Positions 19,177 through 29,384 of a stretch of 64,000 bases of DNA are shown here, piece after piece (position 1 is the first letter of the stretch; each line of letters starts with the position of its first letter). A model generated the notes under the pieces. The model ran no database searches, had not been told where the DNA came from, and was given only the letters and a program-made list of their open reading frames with translations. A program made the position numbers and the translations under genes. The DNA lies in contig OZ245040.1 in the NCBI GenBank assembly GCA_965224195.1, positions 224,001-288,000 on the forward strand, in the 5' to 3' direction. The stretch comes from Nitrosopumilus sp. (GTDB taxonomy: Archaea; Thermoproteota; Nitrososphaeria; Nitrososphaerales; Nitrosopumilaceae).

Positions 19177-20050
19177 TTTTTTTAATTAAAGGAGCCATCA
19201 TTATCATTAAAAATCCAATAGCCAAGGGAGCTATAATTGGGAATTCAGGTACGACTGTAGTTCCAATAATACTAATTTCACCTGAAGTGTCAGGTTTTAT
19301 GTTAATCCAAACATGTGTGCCGTTATTTTTGTAATCGTGAAATAGAATTTTTTCATCATCTAGAAATACTACATATGGTCCCCACAATAATTCTAATGGG
19401 ATAATTGTCGTGATAAATTGATCACTTTCATTTACATTAAATCTAATTTCTTTTGTAGATTGATTAAACTCAAAATTTTCTATATTGGTAAAAGTTCCTA
19501 TCTCAACAAAAAATTCTTTATCTTCCCAATTAACATCTATGGTATTTTTTGGTTCATTAAATGCATATTCTAAAATCATTTGACAACCATGACATGAAAT
19601 TCCTTTTTGATCACCCAAGTAAACTGGTTTACTATTAACAAAAATCAAATCTAATTCTTCAGGAACCATAAAGTTTGTTGATTCTAAATATAAAAAATCC
19701 CATGTCCACAAATTATCTTTAAGCAAAAGTACACCTTTCAAATCATATTCTATAATTGAATCACTTCCAGATGGAAAAATCATAACAGAATCGTTATTGC
19801 CAATTGTTATAACCATTTTTTCTTCATTAGTAATGATTAGATTTTGAATTTCACCATCAATCAACTCTACTTGTTTTGGAGAACTTGAAGAACCAACAAC
19901 GTGTATCACATGAATATCTCCGGTTTCATTAATTGTAACTATGACTGATTTTTGATTTGCCTTTTCTGCAATATTAATTTCTTGAGCACTTATAGATGGA
20001 ATTACTAAAATTAATAAAATTATGGTAAATATAGTAATTATTTTATTCAT
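19163..20050 (-). CDS. Exported protein with PEF-CTERM-type sorting signal
   Basis: Signal peptide; C-terminal VVPEFP + TM + basic tail; CHGC motif. Confidence 0.8.
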   Translation of the reverse strand: MNKIITIFTIILLILVIPSISAQEINIAEKANQKSVIVTINETGDIHVIHVVGSSSSPKQVELIDGEIQNLIITNEEKMVITIGNNDSVMIFPSGSDSIIEYDLKGVLLLKDNLWTWDFLYLESTNFMVPEELDLIFVNSKPVYLGDQKGISCHGCQMILEYAFNEPKNTIDVNWEDKEFFVEIGTFTNIENFEFNQSTKEIRFNVNESDQFITTIIPLELLWGPYVVFLDDEKILFHDYKNNGTHVWINIKPDTSGEISIIGTTVVPEFPIIAPLAIGFLMIMMAPLIKKINLR

Positions 20051-20527
20051 TTATTCCACGGTAACATGAATCATTGATGTTTTTTCTAGCGGACAATCAT
20101 TTCCATCTTTATCAAGATTTACAATTTTGTCTGCAACATCCATTCCTTCAGTAACTTCACCAAACACAGTATATTCTCTATCCAAAAATGCACTATCAGA
20201 TGTAACTATGAAAAATTGTGAACCTGCACTATCTGGATCTTGTGATCTAGCCATGGAAACAATACCTCGTAAATGAGATCTTGAACTAAATTCAGCTTTG
20301 ATGCTATAACCTGGTCCTCCCATCCCCCATGAACCTTTGTTGTCTGTTTTTGTATTAGGATCGCCTCCTTGAATCATAAATCCGGGAATTACTCTATGGA
20401 AAAGAGTTCCATCATAAAATCCATCTTTAGCTAGTTTTTGAAAATTTCTTACAGTTTCTGGAGCTAGTTCAGGTAATAGTTTAAATGAAATTTTCCCTAA
20501 GTTAGTTTCAATATTTACTGTAGCCAT
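20051..20527 (-). CDS. Cyclophilin-type peptidyl-prolyl isomerase
   Basis: FYDGTLFHRVIPGFMIQGGDP, SAGSQFFI; start reset to MATVN (20527). Confidence 0.96.
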   Translation of the reverse strand: MATVNIETNLGKISFKLLPELAPETVRNFQKLAKDGFYDGTLFHRVIPGFMIQGGDPNTKTDNKGSWGMGGPGYSIKAEFSSRSHLRGIVSMARSQDPDSAGSQFFIVTSDSAFLDREYTVFGEVTEGMDVADKIVNLDKDGNDCPLEKTSMIHVTVE

Positions 20528-20773
20528 AAGGATGAATCTGTAAATACATCTTAATAGTCTTTTGCGGAAATGGTTGGAATATTTTTGTAGATAGTTTAGC
20601 AATATTGAAAAATCTATAACGATCTGTACAGTTTTCGTTAGAAAATTAATTTATGTAGACTTTGGAATTTTTCTGTTTTACTATTATCTATGATATTTGA
20701 ATTAATCAAAAATGACAATTTTCAAATTACAGAAGTTATAGTGTTATATAGAACAAATAAAATTCAGTATTCG

Positions 20774-21007
20774 TTGAATCGTACAAACCAAAGCACGATA
20801 ATTAAAGAAGCGATTAATTCTTATCTTGACAAAGGGGTAACCGACAAGCAGGATATCTACACCAAAGTAGTTGATGAACTTGGAGTTCCAAGACCAACTG
20901 TAAGAAGAGTTGCAAGAGATCTAAGAACCGAACTATTGCAAAAAATCCAAATCTTACAATCAGATATGCCAAAAGCAACTGTCGCTACCACTGAAGAAGA
21001 CGAATAA
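20774..21007 (+). CDS. Small HTH-like hypothetical protein
   Basis: VVDELGVPRPTVRRVARDL; probable TTG start at 20774. Confidence 0.7.
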   Translation: MNRTNQSTIIKEAINSYLDKGVTDKQDIYTKVVDELGVPRPTVRRVARDLRTELLQKIQILQSDMPKATVATTEEDE

Positions 21008-21089
21008 ATTCGGCTCTTTTTTCTTTTTAATTATATTATTTTATGATTTTTAGCATTACTGTTATAAATAATGAAATTTTAAAATAATT

Positions 21090-21563
21090 ATGGGGTATTT
21101 TGGTAACCACTTAGCCACATTAGTAACCGGAGTTTTTGCAGCAGTGCTGACTGGACTTTGGGCATTTTGGGATTTATTACCAATATTAGATTTCATATTT
21201 CTGATGGCAGTTCCAATAACATGGTTTATGACATTTACATGTTGGATTTCTCAAAAAAGTACTGATTACATGCATAATCACTCACCATTTCATGGTGAAA
21301 AAAAAAGCTTGAGTAATACACAAACTATTGAAACTACAACCACTGGTTCACAAGTCAGTCTTTCAGAAATAAAACAAATCCAAAATGAATTATCCCTTGA
21401 ATTAAACAATGTTAAAGAAACTGTTAAACTAAAAGACAGTAAAATTGAAAGATTAAACCAAGAAATTTCTAATCTAGAAACTCTTGTTCAAATTGAATCA
21501 CTAAAAACTGAACTAGCTAATCTCAAAATGCTAGCATCTGAAAGAAAAACTAAGAGTAAATAG
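21090..21563 (+). CDS. Two-TM protein with C-terminal coiled coil
   Basis: Hydrophobic N-half, heptad-rich C-half. Confidence 0.75.
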   Translation: MGYFGNHLATLVTGVFAAVLTGLWAFWDLLPILDFIFLMAVPITWFMTFTCWISQKSTDYMHNHSPFHGEKKSLSNTQTIETTTTGSQVSLSEIKQIQNELSLELNNVKETVKLKDSKIERLNQEISNLETLVQIESLKTELANLKMLASERKTKSK

Positions 21564-21565
21564 AT

Positions 21566-21751
21566 CTAATCTTTACAATGACAACAAACTTCGCCATGAT
21601 TTTCTTTACAACCTGGACAACTAACTGCTCCTCCAAAATGACATTTACATAAACATAATTCAGTTGGATCTTTTTTCAAATTCATAATATAATCTCTAAA
21701 TGATGTTATTATTTGACTTTTGCATTTAAAATCTAAATATTGATTATGCAT
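21566..21751 (-). CDS. Small Cys-rich (metallothionein-like) peptide; start may be downstream (MNLKKD)
   Basis: CLCKCH..CPGCKENH..CCHC. Confidence 0.55.
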   Translation of the reverse strand: MHNQYLDFKCKSQIITSFRDYIMNLKKDPTELCLCKCHFGGAVSCPGCKENHGEVCCHCKD

Positions 21752-22044
21752 TTATTGGAAAGTTTCGATATTTGAAATAAATTTATTTGAATAATATGGA
21801 TTTTACTTATAAAATACTCATTAAGCGATTTTTAGGAGAATTTTTTTAACGGAATTAAAAAACTAATAAAAATTCTTTAGAATTAATTATTTTTCAAATT
21901 AAAATATTTTAAAATAAAATCTTGGTTAGAATTTATTAAATAAATTATACAATCTATCCAATATTTTCTAAATTTTTAATAATTACTCTAAATTTATCAA
22001 AAACAAAATATCGATTTATTAAAATTATTGTAATGCAAATTTAT

Positions 22045-22611
22045 TTAATTAATTTTATAATACTTGATTTTACTAAATGGTCTGATTAAGCCTATTTTTG
22101 ATGCAATATCCAAAGTCTCATCTACCATTCCTCTTAGTCTAGTTTTTGCATCTTCATCAGTTATAGAATTCTCAGATACTGATTTTGTAGTTAAAAATAC
22201 TGCCTTTGGATTTGCTATTACTCTGAAATATGACAATAATTGTGTGACAAGGTTCTGCACATTGATAAAACCAATATCTCCTGCAGCTAAAATTGTTATT
22301 CCTGCTACTTTTCCTGCAGTTTTTTTATAATCTACATATTCAAACAGATTTTTTAACGCAGCACTAAAAAATGAATTATAGATAGGTGTCCCTATCAACC
22401 AAATATCTGCGTCCATAATTTCTTTTGTAGCGGTCTTAGTAGCATCATTATATTCTACATCATATCCCTTGTAACATTCAATGTCATCCTCTGATAGATT
22501 GATAAATTTGATGTCCTGATTTTTTGATTTAGCATATTCAAAAACATATTTCATTATGATTTGCGTATTTGCATTTTTTCTTGGACTGCCAGAAATGACA
22601 ACAACTTTCAT
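22045..22611 (-). CDS. NADPH-dependent FMN reductase
   Basis: ISGSPRKNANT, GTPIYNSFFSAALKN. Confidence 0.92.
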   Translation of the reverse strand: MKVVVISGSPRKNANTQIIMKYVFEYAKSKNQDIKFINLSEDDIECYKGYDVEYNDATKTATKEIMDADIWLIGTPIYNSFFSAALKNLFEYVDYKKTAGKVAGITILAAGDIGFINVQNLVTQLLSYFRVIANPKAVFLTTKSVSENSITDEDAKTRLRGMVDETLDIASKIGLIRPFSKIKYYKIN

Positions 22612-22664
22612 ATCTTCAGCAATTTGTCTTTGTATTTAAATTTCCATTACCTGTTAAAATTAAA

Positions 22665-22757
22665 CGGGCTTGGAGGGCTTCGATCCCTCGACCTGTAACT
22701 TAGGAGGCTACTGCGCTATCCATGTTGCGCGTCAAATTGACTCTGCGCTACAAGCCC
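22665..22757 (-). tRNA. tRNA-Arg(CCU) with 18-nt non-canonical intron in D-loop (22725-22742)
   Basis: Acceptor GGGCTTG/CAAGCCC, anticodon arm GTAGC-CTCCTAA-GTTAC, T arm GAGGG-ATCGAAG-CCCTC; BHB-like GCGC/AGA/GTCA..TGAC/GCGC/AAC. Confidence 0.92.
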
Positions 22758-22781
22758 AGCAAAAAAAACATTCTTAATTAT

Positions 22782-23492
22782 TTAAGCGTAGTCAAGATTT
22801 CCTTCGATCATTTTTTGAATTTTTTCCCAATTTTTATTTTCTTTTTCATTCCATTTTTCAAAAAATACAACGTCTTTCAATTCTAGTCTTGGTAACCATC
22901 CTTTAGTTTCAAGATCTGGTTTTTCTGCAAATTTATCGACATATCCTAAACACAAGTATGCAACAGGAATTACATGCTCAGGTAAATCTAAAGTTTCTTT
23001 CAATGTGTCATTTGATAGTATACTTACCCAGCCTAAACCTATGTCTTCGGTTCTAGCTGATAACCACAAATTTTGAATTGCACAACACACACTATAGAGT
23101 CCTGCTTCGGGAATACTTGATCTACCGATTACAAAGGGGCCAAATTTTGTAGGATCATATGTTACACACAGATTTACAGGAGATTCTAAAATCCCTTCTA
23201 ATTTAAAAGAAAGATATTTTGACTTTTTTGGTTCTTCAACTAATTGTGATGAACGGTTTTTTTCTTCTTCAAAAGATTCTTTTATTTTCTTTTTAGTGTC
23301 TTGATCTTTAATTAAAATAAAATTCCATGGTTGAGAAAATCCTACTGAAGGAGCATGATGTGCTGCGTTAAGAATTTTTGATAAGACCTCGTTTTCTATT
23401 GGCTTTGAGGTAAAGTGAGATCTTACATCCCTTCTAGAATAAATTGCCTTGTAGAAGCCTTTTTTTTCTTCATCAGTAAAATCTTCTGTCAT
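22782..23492 (-). CDS. bluB: 5,6-dimethylbenzimidazole synthase
   Basis: RRDVRSHF, AHHAPSVGFSQPW, KLEGILE, CAIQNLWL, GLGWVSI. Confidence 0.93.
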   Translation of the reverse strand: MTEDFTDEEKKGFYKAIYSRRDVRSHFTSKPIENEVLSKILNAAHHAPSVGFSQPWNFILIKDQDTKKKIKESFEEEKNRSSQLVEEPKKSKYLSFKLEGILESPVNLCVTYDPTKFGPFVIGRSSIPEAGLYSVCCAIQNLWLSARTEDIGLGWVSILSNDTLKETLDLPEHVIPVAYLCLGYVDKFAEKPDLETKGWLPRLELKDVVFFEKWNEKENKNWEKIQKMIEGNLDYA

Positions 23493-23561
23493 CTATTTTG
23501 TACCTCAATTCTTTCTTTTGTTAAACGTTAATAATGTCAATTGTTTGATTTATTTTTCAAT

Positions 23562-23635
23562 GGGCCTGTAGTCTAGCTGGTTAGGATACTGCCTCGACAT
23601 GGCAGTGATCATGAGTTCGAATCTCATTAGGCCCA
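23562..23635 (+). tRNA. tRNA-Val(GAC)
   Basis: GGGCCTG/TAGGCCC acceptor, CTGCC-TCGACAT-GGCAG anticodon arm, ATGAG-TTCGAAT-CTCAT T arm. Confidence 0.93.
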
Positions 23636-23643
23636 CTTTTTAT

Positions 23644-24138
23644 TTAATAACCGGTTTTGAAATCTTTGTCAGTTTCACTCCATGAAGTCTGAGTGATGAT
23701 GTTCCCTTCGGCAGAAAAACTAGTAATTTTTTCATTAGTAGCATCTTCATAAATTTCTGAATTAACTTCAGATTTGCTAAGAACAAATATATTTTTCAAT
23801 GGGATTTCTGCACCTGAAACAAACAATGCTCTACCAGGTAATGCAATGTCTGCTGTAGAGTATAATCCAGAACCTAATAATTTACTATCACCATATAGTT
23901 GGAAATCTATTTGTGAAACTGTTAGTGTTTTATCACTAGGATTTTTTACTAGAAATGTAACTTCAAATTTTGCCTGATTATTTACTATGTTTACATCTAA
24001 TAGTTTCACATTTGTTAGTTCAATCTCAATTAAAGCAAGTTCCTCATTATCGAGACTAGCATAGAAAATAATTCCTCCCATTAATGCTAAAACTCCAACT
24101 ATTGCTAGATAAACTGTCAACTTACTTTGAAGTGCCAT
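23644..24138 (-). CDS. Membrane-anchored LEA_2/WHy-like protein
   Basis: N-terminal TM; FLVKNPSDKTLTVSQIDFQLY. Confidence 0.7.
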   Translation of the reverse strand: MALQSKLTVYLAIVGVLALMGGIIFYASLDNEELALIEIELTNVKLLDVNIVNNQAKFEVTFLVKNPSDKTLTVSQIDFQLYGDSKLLGSGLYSTADIALPGRALFVSGAEIPLKNIFVLSKSEVNSEIYEDATNEKITSFSAEGNIITQTSWSETDKDFKTGY

Positions 24139-24219
24139 TTCAATGATTCCAGATTTGTATAACTAAAAAAGGTTGGCAAGATCCAAATACATAATATTTG
24201 ATTTAAAATATCATAAACT

Positions 24220-24717
24220 ATGGCAGCTCTAGAACAGGCAATCATAACTTGGATTCATCTAATAGCTGCTTCAATTTGGATTGGCGGTTCTTTATTTATT
24301 GGAATTGTGTTTTCTCCACTTTTAAAAACAATGACTAATTCTATTGAAGAACGAATGCAAATAATGATTCGTGTTGGTAAACGATTTAACAAAGTTGCTG
24401 TTCCTTCACTGATAATTTTAATGGTTACTGGTTTGTATACTTCTCATGCATTAATTGGAAAACCTGAACTTCTTATTTCAACGAGCTATGGAACTTATCT
24501 GATTATTAAAATAATTCTTGTTATTGCATTAATTATTACATATGCTGTGCATGTTAGAGTAATTTGTAAAGATGTAGAAGAAAAAATTATGTCAAATCAA
24601 ATGTCAGAATCTGAAATTCAAAAACTAAGAAAGAAAATTATCATACTTGGAGAGATAACTGTAGTATTATCTGTAGCAATTCTGTTTTTTGCTTCATTAC
24701 TTGATGCTGGGGTTTGA
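24220..24717 (+). CDS. CopD-like membrane protein
   Basis: IHLIAASIWIGG, RFNKVA, YGTYLIIK. Confidence 0.8.
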   Translation: MAALEQAIITWIHLIAASIWIGGSLFIGIVFSPLLKTMTNSIEERMQIMIRVGKRFNKVAVPSLIILMVTGLYTSHALIGKPELLISTSYGTYLIIKIILVIALIITYAVHVRVICKDVEEKIMSNQMSESEIQKLRKKIIILGEITVVLSVAILFFASLLDAGV

Positions 24718-25719
24718 GATTCCCTCAATTATTACTTCAAATCCATAATTTGTTTTTCCAATACCATATTTACAACCAGTAATTTTTGATGTCACAAACA
24801 AATTTGTCTCTAAATGTTTTGTAATTTCTTTGACAGGAAAAATTGTTTTTCCAGCAGATAAACTAGCAGGAACCACTAACATATCTGCTAAATTATCATC
24901 AATTGAATAATTTTTAACAAAATCATCTATATCTAAATCAAATTCATCTGTTTTGTTGTTGTACAATGCATCAATTCCTATTATAGAATCATTATCTATA
25001 CTGTAAATTAACAAAGATGCACCTGAATCTAATGCTTCTTCAGATTTAATTTCTACATTAACGATATAGTTTGCTTCAGTTAACTTTTTTACAATTTGGT
25101 TTACTTTATTTTCAATTTTATTATTTGTAAATTTTGAAAATGAACAAACTAATTTAACTTCTCTTGTTTTTCTTTTTGAAAATGATATTGATTTCACATT
25201 AGATGAATTAACTTGTAATTTTATTTCTCCACTACCTTTAGGATAATAACCTCTTTTGATTAATTCAAATGAAAAATTAATCCCCATTCTTGAATATGCT
25301 TCTTGTAATACGTATTGAGTATAATTGATAGTGGGACTCCAAAGTACGTCTGTACCACCTTTAATTTTTAAATTAAGTTGTTTTTTTGATATTGCAACTA
25401 CAGGAATTAAAACTTGTAAAATTAATGGAATACTTCCGGCAGTTCCAACATCTTCAACTAGTTCTAAATTTTCAATATTACCTGGGATAAATTTTATTTC
25501 TGTAGATCCTATTTCTGCTCCAATAATTTTAGCATTTGCAATTTTTTGAAGAATTTTGATTGCTGTAAGATGTTGTGGTCTTAATCCAGAAATTTTTCTA
25601 TTTTTCCTAATATTTTCTAAGTGTATTGGTTTTTTTGTAATACATGAAAGTGCAATTGCTGAGCGAATAATTTGTCCACCACCTTCACCGTGACCACCAT
25701 TAATCTTTAGAAAACTCAT
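24697..25719 (-). CDS. rtcA: RNA 3'-terminal phosphate cyclase
   Basis: GEGGGQIIRSA, GLRPQHL, GGTDV, RGYYPKG, TKHLETN (catalytic His). Confidence 0.95.
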   Translation of the reverse strand: MSFLKINGGHGEGGGQIIRSAIALSCITKKPIHLENIRKNRKISGLRPQHLTAIKILQKIANAKIIGAEIGSTEIKFIPGNIENLELVEDVGTAGSIPLILQVLIPVVAISKKQLNLKIKGGTDVLWSPTINYTQYVLQEAYSRMGINFSFELIKRGYYPKGSGEIKLQVNSSNVKSISFSKRKTREVKLVCSFSKFTNNKIENKVNQIVKKLTEANYIVNVEIKSEEALDSGASLLIYSIDNDSIIGIDALYNNKTDEFDLDIDDFVKNYSIDDNLADMLVVPASLSAGKTIFPVKEITKHLETNLFVTSKITGCKYGIGKTNYGFEVIIEGISNPSIK

Positions 25720-25780
25720 AATTTTTTCTGTTAACCACTCTTTATGATAGTTTTTTAAAAAGAAATTTTCTATAGATGAT

Positions 25781-26275
25781 ATGGATGGTTTGTTGATAGG
25801 GAGATTCCAACCTTTTCATTTGGGCCATCTTGAAACATTACAATTTGCATTATCTAAAGTTGATAAATTGTGGGTGGGTTTAGGGAGCTCAAATAAACCT
25901 GCAGAAAAAAACAACCCATTCACTGCTGAACAACGAAAAGAAATGATTCTAACTTCTATTGATGATTCAATGAAAGAGAAAATTTCAATTTATTTTATTC
26001 CAGATGTTGATAATCATATTAGATGGATTGAAAAAATAGATACTATCGTACCAAAATTTGATATAATTTTTTCAAATGATGATTTGACAAAACATCTGTA
26101 TTCAAAAAGAAAGATTGAGGTTATTTCAATTCCTTTTTTGAATAGGGAATCATTATCTGGAACTAATATTCGCGATCTAATAGTTAGCGATCAAAAATGG
26201 GATAATCTAGTACCCACTGGAACAAGAAATTTTTTGGAAAGCAATGGTGCCAAAGAGCATTTGAAAAATCTCTAA
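25781..26275 (+). CDS. nadM: Nicotinamide-nucleotide adenylyltransferase
   Basis: IGRFQPFHLGH, NPFTAEQR, SGTNIR. Confidence 0.92.
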   Translation: MDGLLIGRFQPFHLGHLETLQFALSKVDKLWVGLGSSNKPAEKNNPFTAEQRKEMILTSIDDSMKEKISIYFIPDVDNHIRWIEKIDTIVPKFDIIFSNDDLTKHLYSKRKIEVISIPFLNRESLSGTNIRDLIVSDQKWDNLVPTGTRNFLESNGAKEHLKNL

Positions 26276-26314
26276 TTATAAATAAACCCCAAAATAACCT
26301 GTCATAGATAACAT

Positions 26315-27460
26315 ATGGAATATCTTTCAATGCTTCCTGGTCCAACAAATGTACCTAACAGAGTTATGAGAGCAATGCTTGCACCTATCATCAATCACAG
26401 AAGTGATGATTTTGTAGAATTGTATACTGATGTCGTTGATAAAACTCAGCAAGTATTTGAAACACAAAATGATATTGTAGCATTATCTGCATCAGGAACT
26501 GGTGCAGTTGAAGCCAGTGTTGTAAATTTAGTTAAAAAAGGTGATAAAATTATTATTCCTGTAAATGGAGAATTTAGTAGACGATTATCAGAATTAATTG
26601 AAGGTCAAGGAGGTAATGTTGTAAAACTTCAAACTCCACCAGGAGAAAATGCAACTTTTGATCAAGTTAAAGAAGCATTTGATAACAATAAAGATGTAAA
26701 AGCATTCTATGTTGTTCACAATGAAACTTCAACAGGAACAATGGTAAATTATCTCGATAAAGTATTTGATTTGACTTCAAGAAATGATGCATTTTATGTT
26801 GTAGATTCAGTTTCATTACTTGGTGGCGCTCCACTTCCAGTAGACAAATGGAATATTGATGTATGTATGACTGGTGCACAAAAAGCAATCGCCGCTCCTC
26901 CAGGAATTTCACCACTATCTATTAGCGCTAAAGCCAAAAAATACATGATTGAAAATTCACCACCTACAATGTATTTCAATTTAGCAAGATACTTCAAATT
27001 TTATGATGGAGAAAAACACACTCCTTTCACACCTGCACTTCCATTACTTTATGCATACAGAGAAGCATTATCAATGATTTTAGAAGAAGGATTACAAAAT
27101 GTCTTTAAACGTCACAAAGTTTGTTCAGATGCATTATACTCTGGTCTAAGTGCAATGGGTCTATCTCCATTTGCAAAAGAAGAAGATCGTTCAATCTCAA
27201 TTATTGCATTAAATTATTTAGATGGACTTGAAGACAGAATTTTTAGAAGTACACTAGCTGACAAATTCAAAGTATTAGTCGCAGGTGGCTTTGGTGATCT
27301 TAAAGGTAAAGTATTCAGAGTTGGATGTATGGGAGAAGTTAGTCCTTATCATGTGATGAGAACTATTTCTGCAATTTCATCTACATTAGCAATGATGGGA
27401 TATGATGTTGATGCTCAAGCAGGTTTTAAAACTGCAGAAGAAAAACTAAAAGCTCTGTAA
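26315..27460 (+). CDS. Class V aminotransferase (serine-pyruvate/alanine-glyoxylate family)
   Basis: LPGPTNVP, HNETSTG, VDSVS, GAQKAIAAPPG, FRVGCMG. Confidence 0.93.
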   Translation: MEYLSMLPGPTNVPNRVMRAMLAPIINHRSDDFVELYTDVVDKTQQVFETQNDIVALSASGTGAVEASVVNLVKKGDKIIIPVNGEFSRRLSELIEGQGGNVVKLQTPPGENATFDQVKEAFDNNKDVKAFYVVHNETSTGTMVNYLDKVFDLTSRNDAFYVVDSVSLLGGAPLPVDKWNIDVCMTGAQKAIAAPPGISPLSISAKAKKYMIENSPPTMYFNLARYFKFYDGEKHTPFTPALPLLYAYREALSMILEEGLQNVFKRHKVCSDALYSGLSAMGLSPFAKEEDRSISIIALNYLDGLEDRIFRSTLADKFKVLVAGGFGDLKGKVFRVGCMGEVSPYHVMRTISAISSTLAMMGYDVDAQAGFKTAEEKLKAL

Positions 27461-27501
27461 ATCCTGTTAACTTAATATTAGGAAATTCGAGACCGATCAC
27501 A

Positions 27502-28248
27502 TTGACTTTCAATAAAGGCTCTTTAATTCTAGTAGATTATACTGCAAAGGTAAAAGACACTGAAGAAGTATTTGATACAACAATTGAAGAAGATGCAAAA
27601 AAGCATTCAATTCATGAACAAAATTTCAAGTATCAACCAAAACTAGTTTCTATTGGTGAAGTTTCTTATCCAGTTCTAAAAGGACTTGATGAAGCACTTG
27701 TAAAAACAGCTGTTGGTGATAAGCTCACAATTGAAGTAACACCGGACAAAGGTTTTGGTGAAAGAGATTCTGGTAAAGTCAGAATGATTCCTATTAGAAA
27801 ATTAGGGGAAGATGCTGAGAAAGTTTCAGTAGGTGATTCTATTGAAGTCGATAACAAAAGAGGTATTATTCGTTATATTGGATCTGGTAGAGTTCAAGTA
27901 GATTACAATCACAGATATGCTGGAAAAACAATTCTGTTTGATGTTAATGTCATTAAATCACTAGATACTTCAAATGATAAAATTGATAGTATTCTAAAAA
28001 ATAGATTACCTGTTGAAGATACAAAAATTGCATTTGATTTGAAAGATAAAGAAGCAAACATTGTGATTCCTGAGGAAATTTTACGTGCTGATGGATTACA
28101 AATCATGAAACACTTTATCCAACTTGATATTTTCAAATTTGTTTCTACATTAGACAAGGTAAGTTTTGTTGAAACACATGTGAACAAACAAGCTCAGGAA
28201 AAGAAGCCTGAGACAAAAGAAAAAGCTCCTGAACAAAAAACTGCTTAA
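27502..28248 (+). CDS. Long-type archaeal FKBP peptidyl-prolyl isomerase (SlyD-like)
   Basis: VDYTAK..FDTT, GLDEAL, VDYNHRYAGKT. Confidence 0.92.
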   Translation: MTFNKGSLILVDYTAKVKDTEEVFDTTIEEDAKKHSIHEQNFKYQPKLVSIGEVSYPVLKGLDEALVKTAVGDKLTIEVTPDKGFGERDSGKVRMIPIRKLGEDAEKVSVGDSIEVDNKRGIIRYIGSGRVQVDYNHRYAGKTILFDVNVIKSLDTSNDKIDSILKNRLPVEDTKIAFDLKDKEANIVIPEEILRADGLQIMKHFIQLDIFKFVSTLDKVSFVETHVNKQAQEKKPETKEKAPEQKTA

Positions 28249-29288
28249 ATTATTCCAGTACTCTTTGCTAAATTTAATGCAATTTTTTCTGTCATTTTAA
28301 TTTCTTTTAGAATTGTATATCTTTCTGGTCGAAGATCTTGTGCAATCATTAGAGCTTTTATGATTATTTCTGGTTTTAGACCAATTTGTTTTGCAGATGT
28401 GGGAGCTCCTACATCTTTCAATGTCTTTATAATTTTCTTCCAATCTTGCCCTTGTAGTTTTCCTATCATGATAGAACCTAATCCACATTTTTCTCCATGT
28501 AATCCTATTCCAGGAGCAAGTTTGTCAAGTGCATGTGAAACAAGATGTTCTGCACCTGAACATGGTCTACTACTTCCTGCAATACATGATGCAACTCCTG
28601 CACTGATTAATCCTTCCACAATTACTCTAGCATCTAATCCTTTTTTTGCAAATTCAGAAGAATTTTCCATGACAATTTTGGCACTCATTAAAGCTAAATC
28701 TGCTGCATATCTGCCATAGTATTCCTTTTTCTTTTTGTGACCTAGTTGCCAATCTTTTACAGCTATAATATTTGCAATAAGGTCTCCACAACCACTTGCA
28801 AGTAATTTTGCTGGGGCTTTTTTAATGATATCAATATCAACAAAAACACCCATGGGTGCAGTTGCTACTATAGAATGTGGTTTATCACTCTTTACTGAAA
28901 CAAAAGGACTGGCCATCCCATCGTGAGATGCAGCTGTTGGCAAACTTACAAATGGTTTTTCTAAATTATATGAAATTAATTTTGCAGTATCTACAGAACG
29001 ACCTCCTCCAATTCCTACAATTAGATCTGAATTATCTTTTTTAACGTCTTTTTGAATTTTATTTAATGATTTTATTTGATTATCTATTGAAGTATGCCAA
29101 ATAAATTGAATTTTTTTTGTTTTTAATGATTTTTCAATTTTTTTCTTTAATATTTTTTGAACATTTGTTCCAGCAATCAAAGATACTTTTTTTGGTTTAT
29201 TTAATGAAATGAGAAATTTACCAAAATCGTTAATGTTCTTTTCTCCTATCTCAATGAGCCTAGGTAATTCCATTTTGTGTGATTGCAT
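28245..29288 (-). CDS. egsA: sn-glycerol-1-phosphate dehydrogenase
   Basis: GIGGGRSVDTAK, PTAASHDG, SSRPCSGAEH, LHGEKCG. Confidence 0.95.
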   Translation of the reverse strand: MQSHKMELPRLIEIGEKNINDFGKFLISLNKPKKVSLIAGTNVQKILKKKIEKSLKTKKIQFIWHTSIDNQIKSLNKIQKDVKKDNSDLIVGIGGGRSVDTAKLISYNLEKPFVSLPTAASHDGMASPFVSVKSDKPHSIVATAPMGVFVDIDIIKKAPAKLLASGCGDLIANIIAVKDWQLGHKKKKEYYGRYAADLALMSAKIVMENSSEFAKKGLDARVIVEGLISAGVASCIAGSSRPCSGAEHLVSHALDKLAPGIGLHGEKCGLGSIMIGKLQGQDWKKIIKTLKDVGAPTSAKQIGLKPEIIIKALMIAQDLRPERYTILKEIKMTEKIALNLAKSTGII

Positions 29289-29384
29289 GCAATCATGATT
29301 TTTTCTCATTATTTATGATTTCAAGGGATCAAAAAGTTATTTAAAAGGGGGAGATTCCCTTTACTTTATCTTAATAGGTGTATT

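Noticed and set aside
24697-25719. Possible inactive RtcA (DDNLADM variant)
   Set aside because: Catalytic His in TKHLETN is retained
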